A DNA stretch of 60,576 bases, the filler included. It is 3 parts of 3 records of this genome, joined end to end, with 100 filler letters (N's around TTAATTAATTAA, not from the genome) between each part and the next. Parts side by side here need not be neighbours in the genome. Positions count along the whole stretch, not along the records: positions 1 to 26,786 come from SRR31156797_352; 2 more parts are not named here. One strand, written 5' to 3'. Numbering within the stretch: the stretch's first letter is position 1; each line of letters begins with the position of its first letter. Of this stretch, positions 9,624 through 17,748 are shown in pieces. The position numbers and the translations under genes are program-made. The notes beneath the pieces are model-generated. The model was not told where the DNA came from, searched no databases, and saw only the letters and a program-made list of their open reading frames with translations.

Positions 9624-10970
9624 ATGAGCAATTTTAAAATATTTGTTGTTGAAGACGATCCTTTTTATGGCGAAATGCTGAAATACCACATCAGCCTCAA
9701 CCCCGACTATGTTGTTGAGAAATTTGAAAACGGGAAGGAGTGCCTTGATAACATGTACAAAAACCCTGCTGTTATTTCACTTGATTATTCTTTACCTGAT
9801 ATGTCCGGGCTCGAAGTGTTGAGAAAAGTTAAGGAGCACAATTCTGAAATTCCCGTGATAATTGTTTCAGGGCAGGAAGACGTTTCAACGGCCGTAAATC
9901 TTTTAAAGGAAGGCGCTTACGATTATTTTGTAAAAGATGACGAAACCAAAGACCGCATCTGGAATGCGCTAAAGAACATCCGTGAAAAGCTCACACTGGA
10001 AAAACAGATCGACGACCTGAAAGAGGAGATCGGTAAAAAGTACGTTTTTAACAACATCATCAAAGGCAACAGCAAAGAGATTAAACAAGTCTTTAGCATG
10101 ATTGAGAAGGCCATAAAAGCAAACATTACTGTTTCGATTTATGGCGAAACGGGTACCGGTAAAGACCTGGTTGCAAAAGCCATTCACTACAATTCAAACA
10201 GGGCAAAATTTCCATTTATCGCGATCAATGTTTCTGCGATCCCCAAAGAACTGATCGAAAGCGAAATGTTCGGATATGAAAAAGGTGCTTTCACAGGTGC
10301 CAATACCCGCAAGATCGGTAAGTTTGAAGAAGCCGGCAAGGGAACCATCTTCCTGGATGAAATCGGTGAAATGGATTTAAACATGCAGGCAAAGCTGCTG
10401 AGGGTGCTACAGGAGAAAGAGCTAACCCGTATTGGCGGGCACAATGAGGTAAAGATAAATGCACGGATTATCGTTGCTACCCACCGTGATCTGGCCGAAG
10501 AGGTGAAAAATGAAAATTTCAGGCAGGACCTCTATTACCGCCTGTTGGGACTGCCCATTCACCTGCCGGCACTCAAAGAACGTGGAAACGACATCCTGCT
10601 GCTTGCCAAGTTTTTTGCTGACGATTTTTGCAAGGAGAATAATATGGCGCTCAAAACCCTGTCGGCGCATGCCCAGGACAAACTACTCAGCTATAGTTAT
10701 CCGGGAAATGTGCGCGAACTAAAAGCCATCATCGAACTGGCGGTAGTTATGTCTAATGGTGAAATTATTGATGATACGGATATCTCGTTCACATCAACCA
10801 AAAATGTAAATGACTTTTTACTTGATGAGGAAGATACCCTCCAGGGATATACCCGCAAAATTATCAGGCATTACCTGGATCGTTACGACAATAATATTAT
10901 GAAAGTTGCCAAAAAACTCGATATCGGAAAATCGACCATTTACCGAATGTTGAAAAACAACGAACTATAA
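9624..10970 (+). CDS. Sigma-54-dependent NtrC/AtoC-family response regulator
   Basis: Receiver domain (VVEDD, LDYSLPD), AAA+ GETGTGK, GAFTGA, FLDEIGE, YPGNVREL, C-terminal Fis-type HTH; start moved to ATG 9624. Confidence 0.93.
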   Translation: MSNFKIFVVEDDPFYGEMLKYHISLNPDYVVEKFENGKECLDNMYKNPAVISLDYSLPDMSGLEVLRKVKEHNSEIPVIIVSGQEDVSTAVNLLKEGAYDYFVKDDETKDRIWNALKNIREKLTLEKQIDDLKEEIGKKYVFNNIIKGNSKEIKQVFSMIEKAIKANITVSIYGETGTGKDLVAKAIHYNSNRAKFPFIAINVSAIPKELIESEMFGYEKGAFTGANTRKIGKFEEAGKGTIFLDEIGEMDLNMQAKLLRVLQEKELTRIGGHNEVKINARIIVATHRDLAEEVKNENFRQDLYYRLLGLPIHLPALKERGNDILLLAKFFADDFCKENNMALKTLSAHAQDKLLSYSYPGNVRELKAIIELAVVMSNGEIIDDTDISFTSTKNVNDFLLDEEDTLQGYTRKIIRHYLDRYDNNIMKVAKKLDIGKSTIYRMLKNNEL

Positions 10971-10980
10971 CCCAAAAATT

Positions 10981-11331
10981 ATGAATACAGAAAAATTATA
11001 CGATATCACCTCGATCAGGGAAATGCTGGTTGATGATGAAGAAGTTAAACGCATGATGAGTATTTTCCTTGAATCCACACCTGTATCACTTCATGATATG
11101 AACGAGGGATTTAGAGACGATGATGCTGATAAACTTGCCCGCAACGCCCACAAGATGAAAGCCTCACTAGACATGCTCAAGGTAAACGACCTGTATGATG
11201 ATGTCAGGAAAATTGACAAGGACTTCAAAGTCGAAGAAATACCTCAGGAACAGTTGGAAACAATAATTGAAAAAATGAATTCAGTTCTCGAGCAGGTGTT
11301 CGATCAGCTTAGGGAAGAATTTAATCTATAG
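10981..11331 (+). CDS. Stand-alone Hpt (histidine phosphotransfer) domain protein
   Basis: AHKMKAS motif in a 116-aa helical protein, 10 bp downstream of the response regulator. Confidence 0.8.
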   Translation: MNTEKLYDITSIREMLVDDEEVKRMMSIFLESTPVSLHDMNEGFRDDDADKLARNAHKMKASLDMLKVNDLYDDVRKIDKDFKVEEIPQEQLETIIEKMNSVLEQVFDQLREEFNL

Positions 11332-11965
11332 GTTTTAGCCTAAAATCATCCCTGAATAAATCTGAAAATTTTTCGCCGGGCTTTAACCAGTATGCCGGCA
11401 TCTCAGCAAGCTGAGATGCCTTAACGTTTATTTGTGTATCATCCACAAAAAGCATTTTTGCCGGATCATTGCCAATTTCAGTTTTCACAAAATCAAATAT
11501 CTCCCGATCCGGTTTGCGCATTCCAATTTGAAACGACCAGAATGCTTTTACAAAAAGTGAATTAAAATCGTACCCGAAGTTTTTTAGAAATTGATGGATG
11601 TATATTTCATAATGGATTGCATTGGTATTGCTGAGGAGGTATAGCTGATAATGATCCTGTAATGATTCCAGAAATTTCACGTTTTCTTCAGGAAACCCAA
11701 CCAGGATGCTGTTCCAGGCCCTGTGGATCTCTTCCCTGCTGAACCTTTGCCCGAGAAACCCGTCAACTTTTGAAATAAAAGCTTCGTTGGATATTTGGCC
11801 ACGTTCCAGATCGGCAAATAATGGGCTCTGTTTTGCCTGTGAATAAAGCGCTTCAAAATTGGGAATACCCATGGCGGCAAAAGCCTCTTCTTGTTTTTTA
11901 TGGCTTATTTCATAGATCACCCCGCCAAAATCAAGGATCAGGATTTCTGTATTTGTATTTTTCAT
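11321..11965 (-). CDS. HAD-family phosphatase (YihX-like)
   Basis: DFGGV motif I, LSNTN, KPD, FVDD. Confidence 0.9.
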   Translation of the reverse strand: MKNTNTEILILDFGGVIYEISHKKQEEAFAAMGIPNFEALYSQAKQSPLFADLERGQISNEAFISKVDGFLGQRFSREEIHRAWNSILVGFPEENVKFLESLQDHYQLYLLSNTNAIHYEIYIHQFLKNFGYDFNSLFVKAFWSFQIGMRKPDREIFDFVKTEIGNDPAKMLFVDDTQINVKASQLAEMPAYWLKPGEKFSDLFRDDFRLKPID

Positions 11966-12048
11966 GCCAAATTTCTATTAAGACGTGCTGTTAGAAAATG
12001 GTGGAATTAAAAAAAAAGCCATTTCTCACGAAACGGCATTTTATTTTG

Positions 12049-12122
12049 TGGGCCCACCTGGACTCGAACCAGGGACCACTTGATTATGAGTCAAGTGCTC
12101 TAACCAACTGAGCTATAGGCCC
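12049..12122 (-). tRNA. tRNA with CAT anticodon, most likely tRNA-Ile2 (lysidine)
   Basis: Minus strand GGGCCTATAGCTCAGTTGGTTAGAGCACTTGACT-CAT-AATCAAGTGGTCCCTGGTTCGAGTCCAGGTGGGCCCA forms a full cloverleaf; CCA not encoded. Confidence 0.93.
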
Positions 12123-12162
12123 ATCTACTTCACGATAAAAAACCTTTATTTAAAAAGGGCTG

Positions 12163-12194
12163 CAAAATTAAACTAATACAAACAAATTCACAAA
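12163..12194 (-). promoter_or_regulatory. Bacteroidota promoter of the tRNA
   Basis: TTTG-N20-TAATTTTG on the minus strand. Confidence 0.65.
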
Positions 12195-12355
12195 ATATTT
12201 TTTCTGATATTTTGCGAATTGCATGTCAGGCTATTAGATATTTATCATAAAACCAAATAACAATTGTGCGTTCGATTAAAAAACCTGAAAAGCCTATCAA
12301 GATTTCATTAAATTTGTGATCTGAATATTTATTAATAATTACATAACTGAGCAGT

Positions 12356-12811
12356 ATGAAAGATTTTACATCCATCAATTCCATTCTGAATTTTGCCATT
12401 GAAAATGAGCAGCAGGCTGTTGACTTTTACACCAGTCTCGCTGGCAATTCGAAGAATGATGAAATGAAAAACGTGTTTACCCAGTTTGCCAAAGAAGAAA
12501 TGGGACACAAGGCACGGCTTACAAAAATTAAAACCGAGGGTACTTTTGATCTGAAAGAACAGGATGTGCTGGATTTGAAAATGAGCGATTATTTGGTTGA
12601 TGTTGAGCCTAAGCCTGATATGACTTACGAGGAGGCGCTGATACTGGCTATGAAACGCGAAAAAAGTGCTTTTAAACTGTATATCAAACTTGCCGAAAAA
12701 GCGCCAACAGCCGATCTGCAGAAAATATTCCAGTCGCTTGCCCAGGAAGAATCAAAGCATAAGCTTCGTTTCGAACTTGAATACGATGATTATGTGTTGA
12801 GAGAAAATTAA
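12356..12811 (+). CDS. Rubrerythrin/ferritin-like diiron protein without a rubredoxin domain
   Basis: Two repeats: E..AVDFY/FAKEEMGH and E..AFKLY/LAQEESKH; TAAATTTG at 12309-12316. Confidence 0.88.
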   Translation: MKDFTSINSILNFAIENEQQAVDFYTSLAGNSKNDEMKNVFTQFAKEEMGHKARLTKIKTEGTFDLKEQDVLDLKMSDYLVDVEPKPDMTYEEALILAMKREKSAFKLYIKLAEKAPTADLQKIFQSLAQEESKHKLRFELEYDDYVLREN

Positions 12812-12830
12812 AATACAATACATATTTCTG

Positions 12831-12865
12831 CAAAACCCCGGACTGAACCCGGGGTTTTTGTTTTG
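12831..12865 (+). terminator. Intrinsic terminator after rubrerythrin
   Basis: AAAACCCCGG/CCGGGGTTTT stem and T-rich tail. Confidence 0.75.
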
Positions 12866-12989
12866 ATGAAACCAATTTTTCAACTGAATACCGTCAATAT
12901 CTGCGCCTGCTTAATTTAAAAACACTTAAAGGGATAATATTTACATTTGCCGGCGTTTAAATGGAAAGATTTAATCAGCCTAATATTTT

Positions 12990-15038
12990 ATGGAATTTGC
13001 AAACCCTTTGTTTCTGTTTGGTCTCGCTGCCATTGCTATTCCAATCATCATCCACTTATTTAATTTCAGACGTTTTCGCAAGGTATTCTTTACCAATGTA
13101 AAGTTTATTGAAGAGCTCAAACAACAAACCCGCCAGCAGTCGCAATTGCGGCACCTCCTGGTGCTGCTGATGCGGATACTTGCCATTTCGGCGCTGGTGA
13201 TTGCGTTTGCTCAGCCGTTTATCCCGGTAACCGAAAAGCAATCCGGCCAGGCATCGTTGAATGCCATCAGCATTTATGTGGATAATTCATTCAGCATGGA
13301 AGCCGAAACTACGGAAGGCCCGCTACTCAACCAGGCACTAAACCTGGCCCGTGAAACCGCTATGGCCTATGGAAGTTCAGACCAGTACCAGCTGCTTACC
13401 AATGATTTTGAAGGCCGCCACCAACGATTTGTTAGCCGTGAAGATTTCCTTGAAATGCTCAATGAAGTTGAATTATCTCCGGTAACCCGAAATATTTCAG
13501 AAGCTTATAAACGCCAGGCCGAATTATTGAACAATGAAGTGAAGGGGTCAAAAACCGCCTGCGTAATTTCCGATTTCCAGGAAAGCACCACCGACCTCCC
13601 AAATATCACTCCGGATACCACCATCAACACGTTCCTCGTCCCCGCCACTACCAGTGAGACAGGGAACATTTATATCGACAGTGTTTGGTTCCGCGAGCCG
13701 GTTTACAGGGTAAATCAACTGGCAACTTTGCATGTACGTATCGTGAATGATTCGGAGCAGGACTACGAAAAAACACCTGTGCGCCTTAAAATTAATAACG
13801 TTCAGCGCGCCATCTCCAGTTTTGACATTGAGGCAGGTGAATCACTGGAGATCACCATGCCCTACTCAAATAATGCAGCAGGCCTCCAGTTTGGTGAACT
13901 CCATATTTCTGACCATCCCGTTACCTACGATGACAGCTTTTATTTTGTTTACGAGGTGATGAATCAGATTCCGGTGTTGGCCATCAATGCCGATGAAGAA
14001 AACCCATACCTGAATTCGTTATTCGCCAACGACTCGCTGATCGTTTTTAACAATGCCGATAAGAATCAGCTCGATTACACCACCTTTGGAAATTACAACC
14101 TGATCATACTTAACGGACTCAATATCATTTCATCAGGATTGTCGCAGGAAATCAAACGTTTTGCCCAGGCAGGCGGACATGTAGCACTATTCCCTGGTGA
14201 AATGGCTGACATATCAAGTTATCGTGAGTTTTTCCTGAATATGGAAACTGCCTATACCATGGCCAGAGACACCTTCCAGACCAGGATCAGTACGATTAAC
14301 CTGGAAAGTGCGCTGTACGATGATGTCTTTGAATCGATCCCCGAAAACATAGATTTGCCGGTTGTTTTTCAACATTATACCATCGGCCGCCAAACCAGGT
14401 CGCTGATGGAAGTGCTGCTTGAAACCCAGGACGGTGATATATTTCTGGGCAGTGAACCGGTTGGCAAAGGCATGCTGTATGTTTTTTCAGCCGCACTCAG
14501 CAACGAATGGAGCAATTTCCCGCGACATGCCATCTTCGTCCCAACCCTCTACAAAATGGCACTGCTGAGTAAACCTTCTGCTAAACTCTATTATACCACC
14601 GGAAGTGAGGAATCGATTCTGGCTAAAAATGAAGTGCTGGAAGGCGACAGGGTGATCAGGATTAAGAGCAGGAGCAAGGAATTTGAGATCATCCCTGAAA
14701 CCCGGACCATAGGCTCGCAGATGAATATTTTTGCCAGCCCGCTTATCCGCGAAGCCGGATTTTACGACATCCTCAACGATGGAAACCTGGTTACCGCAGT
14801 AGCTTACAACTATGATCGCGCCGAATCCGAACTGAGCAATTTGGATATTAAAGACCTTGAAACCCAAATCACCGATCATGGGCTCCAAGGTTTTTCAGTC
14901 ATCAAACCCGCTCAAAACCGGTCGATTACAACCGTGATCGAGGAAATCAACAGCGGAAAAAGGTTATGGAAATTATTTCTTTTACTGGCACTTGGTTTCC
15001 TGCTTGGAGAGGTGATTTTACTGAGGCTGTGGAAGTAG
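12990..15038 (+). CDS. BatA-like N-terminal double-TM domain + vWA-domain membrane protein
   Basis: F.NPLFLFGL...IPIIIHL...LLLMRIL..LVIAFAQP N-terminus, DNSFSM MIDAS, ISDFQ, C-terminal LWKLFLLLAL..LLGEV..LR anchor. Confidence 0.85.
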   Translation: MEFANPLFLFGLAAIAIPIIIHLFNFRRFRKVFFTNVKFIEELKQQTRQQSQLRHLLVLLMRILAISALVIAFAQPFIPVTEKQSGQASLNAISIYVDNSFSMEAETTEGPLLNQALNLARETAMAYGSSDQYQLLTNDFEGRHQRFVSREDFLEMLNEVELSPVTRNISEAYKRQAELLNNEVKGSKTACVISDFQESTTDLPNITPDTTINTFLVPATTSETGNIYIDSVWFREPVYRVNQLATLHVRIVNDSEQDYEKTPVRLKINNVQRAISSFDIEAGESLEITMPYSNNAAGLQFGELHISDHPVTYDDSFYFVYEVMNQIPVLAINADEENPYLNSLFANDSLIVFNNADKNQLDYTTFGNYNLIILNGLNIISSGLSQEIKRFAQAGGHVALFPGEMADISSYREFFLNMETAYTMARDTFQTRISTINLESALYDDVFESIPENIDLPVVFQHYTIGRQTRSLMEVLLETQDGDIFLGSEPVGKGMLYVFSAALSNEWSNFPRHAIFVPTLYKMALLSKPSAKLYYTTGSEESILAKNEVLEGDRVIRIKSRSKEFEIIPETRTIGSQMNIFASPLIREAGFYDILNDGNLVTAVAYNYDRAESELSNLDIKDLETQITDHGLQGFSVIKPAQNRSITTVIEEINSGKRLWKLFLLLALGFLLGEVILLRLWK

Positions 15039-15045
15039 GTGACAT

Positions 15046-15102
15046 GGGATGATGGAGTGATGTGGCATTGGAGTGTTGGTAGTTTGGAAAGTTGGGGATT
15101 TG
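15046..15102 (+). repeat. Degenerate period-8 GG-N6 tandem repeat
   Basis: gggatgat ggagtgat gtggcatt ggagtgtt ggtagttt ggaaagtt ggggattt. Confidence 0.6.
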
Positions 15103-15138
15103 AATATACTTTTGATAAAAATCTAAAACAAATAAGTC

Positions 15139-15681
15139 ATGAGAATATTAGCTGAAGATTCCGTTGGACTGATCATCGATATGCAGGAACGCCTTTACCC
15201 GTACATTCATGAACACGAGCAACTCACCAAAAACACAGGTATCCTGATTGAAGGGCTCATAGCGCTGGGCATTAAGATTGTTGTAACCGAACAATACACC
15301 AAAGGATTGGGCTTTACCATTGAGCCTCTAAAAGGTTTGCTTAGCGATATCAAGTTTATCGAAAAGCAGGCATTCAGTTGTTGCGATGAACCCCGGTTTT
15401 ACGAGGATCTTGCGCTGATCAATCCCAAGTGGGTTATCGTTGCCGGCATCGAAAGCCATGTGTGCGTCCTGCAGACTGTCATCGATCTGATCGCAAACGG
15501 CTATCGTCCTGTACTTGTGGAAGACTGTGTTGGATCACGCCGGCCCAACGACAAAGCCATGGCTATCGATCGCATGCGACAGGAAGGTGCCATCATTACC
15601 ACCTACGAATCGCTACTGTTTGAGTTGTTGAGATACTCAGGAACGGATGTTTTCAAGAAAATCTCAAAACTGGTTAAATAA
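15139..15681 (+). CDS. Isochorismatase-family cysteine hydrolase
   Basis: IIDMQERL, TEQY, K..FSC, GIESHVCVLQT; promoter TTTG-N20-TACTTTTG at 15083-15114. Confidence 0.92.
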   Translation: MRILAEDSVGLIIDMQERLYPYIHEHEQLTKNTGILIEGLIALGIKIVVTEQYTKGLGFTIEPLKGLLSDIKFIEKQAFSCCDEPRFYEDLALINPKWVIVAGIESHVCVLQTVIDLIANGYRPVLVEDCVGSRRPNDKAMAIDRMRQEGAIITTYESLLFELLRYSGTDVFKKISKLVK

Positions 15682-15863
15682 CCAGATCCACAATTCATTT
15701 AAAGCCAGCACGCTGTTTTTTTTACTATCATCATTTTTTTTAGCGCACCAATGTCCAAAAGGACGATTGGGGGTCTGACCTTGAAGTTTCCGAAGGAACT
15801 TCAAGCGTCAAATGTCCGGTTTCGATCTGTGATCAGTGTTTTAAAATCAAACATCAAAAATCG

Positions 15864-15890
15864 GACATCTGACATCTGACATCTGACATC
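15864..15890 (+). repeat. 7-bp tandem repeat (GACATCT) x ~4
   Basis: GACATCT GACATCT GACATCT GACATC directly at the msr stop codon. Confidence 0.8.
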
Positions 15891-16830
15891 AAAAGATTTC
15901 CCTTTTAAAATGGCAATAGGGTGTGCCGCCGGTTTTGTCGTAGTAATCCTGATGGTATTTTTCTGCAGTGTAAAACCCGGTGGCTTTTTCGATTGATGTA
16001 GCTACTTTATAACCTTTTTCAGTTAAGATATCAACATACTTTTCGGCGATTTTCTTTTGCTTTTCGTTGGTATAGAAAATCACCGAACGATACTGTTCAC
16101 CAATATCCGGGCCCTGGCGGTTTACCTGGGTAAAATCGTGGGTTTCGAAATAAAGCCTCGTGAGTTCCTCATAAGAAATCTTTGAAGGATCAAACTCCAC
16201 CTCCACAGCTTCGGCGTGGCCGGTGCGGCCGGTACACACCTGCTCGTAAGTCGGGTTGTTTACATGGCCACCAATGTAGCCAACGGTGGTTGATTTCACC
16301 CCCTTTTCTTTATTGAAATAATATTCGGTGCCCCAAAAACATCCTGAAGCAAAGATGGCTGTTTCAGTTTTGGCTTCCTTTTTCATATACTGCCCCTCCG
16401 GGATAAAGCCCATCGAAATGGAATTAACGCAATGGCGGGTATTTTTTTCGGTAAATCGTTCGCCGAGAAAAACATGTCCCAGGTGGCCATCGCAATTGGC
16501 GCAAACGATTTCTGTGCGACGGCCATCTGCATCAGGCACCCGTTTAACGGCTCCATCAATTTCGTCATCAAAGCTGGGCCAGCCGCATCCTGAATCAAAT
16601 TTATCTGCCGATTCGTAAAGTGCAGCACCGCATTGACGGCAGGTGTATGTGCCTTTTTCTTGGTGTTTGTAAAATTCGCCGGTAAAAGGCATCTCGGTGC
16701 CTTTATTGATGATCACCCTTTCTTCTTCGGGTGTGAGTTTGTTAAATTCCATGGTTTCCTGTGCTTTTAATTGTTGAACAATAAAAACCGCAAAAAGTGC
16801 AACTGTTAGTTTAAAAAATGTAGTACGCAT
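15889..16830 (-). CDS. msrAB: Exported bifunctional methionine sulfoxide reductase MsrB-MsrA
   Basis: Signal peptide (MRTTFFK...LKA-Q, start 16830); MsrB GTE.PF, Cxx[21 protein letters not shown]; Msr[22 protein letters not shown]. Confidence 0.93.
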   Translation of the reverse strand: MRTTFFKLTVALFAVFIVQQLKAQETMEFNKLTPEEERVIINKGTEMPFTGEFYKHQEKGTYTCRQCGAALYESADKFDSGCGWPSFDDEIDGAVKRVPDADGRRTEIVCANCDGHLGHVFLGERFTEKNTRHCVNSISMGFIPEGQYMKKEAKTETAIFASGCFWGTEYYFNKEKGVKSTTVGYIGGHVNNPTYEQVCTGRTGHAEAVEVEFDPSKISYEELTRLYFETHDFTQVNRQGPDIGEQYRSVIFYTNEKQKKIAEKYVDILTEKGYKVATSIEKATGFYTAEKYHQDYYDKTGGTPYCHFKREIF

Positions 16831-16944
16831 AGTTTTAAGTGTTTCTTTAATAACCTTACGGGCTGCGAAATGTTTCTTTGAAATTCTTACATTTTTATCA
16901 CTTTTTTGTGGAGGCAGGATCACGGTGGAGGGGTGAAGCCAGAT

Positions 16945-17150
16945 GGAAGAATGGAGTCTTGGAGGAATGGATTATTGGAAGGTTGGGGGTATTGGAATAA
17001 TGTATAGGTGGGGAATGTTGTAATATTGGAGTCTTGGGGAAATGGGTTATTGGAAGGATGGAAGGTTGGGGTATTGGAACGATGGATAGGTAGGGAATGT
17101 TGGAATAATGGAGTCTTGGGGGAATGGAATAATGGAAGGATGGGATGCTT
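16945..17150 (+). repeat. Degenerate period-8 purine-rich tandem array (~25 units, consensus GGARKRWT)
   Basis: ggaagaat ggagtctt ggaggaat ggattatt ggaaggtt ... ggaataat ggaaggat; almost no C on the + strand. Confidence 0.8.
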
Positions 17151-17161
17151 GATTTTTGGGG

Positions 17162-17244
17162 AAACCTGTCAGGTTTTTGCTCAAAGCGAGAAGCTATTTT
17201 CCGGAGGTTTGTGTTTAAGGTATGGGAGGAAACCTGACAGGTTT
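17162..17244. repeat. Pair of REP-like palindromes AAACCTGTCAGGTTT / AAACCTGACAGGTTT
   Basis: Exact 15-bp inverted copies at 17162-17176 and 17230-17244; same motif recurs at 25487-25903. Confidence 0.8.
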
Positions 17245-17355
17245 AATAAACAACCGCATGCCAACCGAAATGGGCTAAGCGCACGTGCGGCAGGCCCTGA
17301 CTCTTTGATGTCAGGCAGTACCCGCCTTGCCGCCAGAGATGGGCTATGCGCAGGC

Positions 17356-17499
17356 GAGGCAGGGATTGGAGCGGTACCCCTGTGCAGCGGCAGCTGATGT
17401 TTTATGTTGGCGGGCGCAGGCTGACAACGGAAGCCCACGTACCGCCTACAAAAACACAGCCGGCGCAAGCAGGGTAAAGCGGAAAGCCCTGATAGCCTC
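17356..17499. ncRNA. Candidate structured RNA / repeat element (long imperfect hairpin)
   Basis: Nested complementary segments GAGGC/GCCTC, AGGG/CCCT, TACCC..CTG/CAG-GGTA, GCTG-TGTTTT/AAAACA-CAGC, GGCGG/CCGCC; GC-rich within AT-rich DNA. Confidence 0.45.
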
Positions 17500-17620
17500 C
17501 CTCACACATATTTTCCCCGAAGGCATCAGGATAAACCCGGACGCCTCCCAAACATATTAAAACCAAAACATTGTTAATAACTACCAATAAAAATTGTTGT
17601 AACCTGAGCGTGTGGTGAAT

Positions 17621-17724
17621 TATTTTTGCTGCCTAAAAAGTATATGGTAACACATCCTGAACAGGGATTTATAATACAAAAAGAAGCGCTTCGGCTGAAG
17701 TGGCTTCTTTTTTTTATGTGGTAA
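17621..17724 (+). promoter_or_regulatory. pyrBI promoter and putative attenuator with a 26-aa leader ORF (17644-17724)
   Basis: TATTTTTG at 17621-17628; ORF MVTHPEQGFIIQKEALRLKWLLFFMW* spans the hairpin AAAGAAGC-GCTTC...GAAGT-G-GCTTCTTT ending in T8. Confidence 0.55.
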
Positions 17725-17748
17725 TTCGAATCATTAACTAATAAATGC

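Noticed and set aside
11966-12355. Genomic island integrated at the tRNA
   Set aside because: No integrase, no duplicated tRNA 3' end, and housekeeping genes on both sides
16945-17150. Possible CRISPR array
   Set aside because: Degenerate 8-bp tandem units with no conserved 23-47-bp repeat, no unique spacers and no cas genes
17390-17490. Hammerhead ribozyme in the long hairpin (CTGATG..., GAAA)
   Set aside because: Core reads CTGATGT rather than CTGANGA and the three-stem junction cannot be built
17008-17587. ORFs 17008-17397, 17181-17468, 17327-17560 and 17402-17587
   Set aside because: Translations derive from octamer repeats and a GC-rich hairpin; no recognisable protein features
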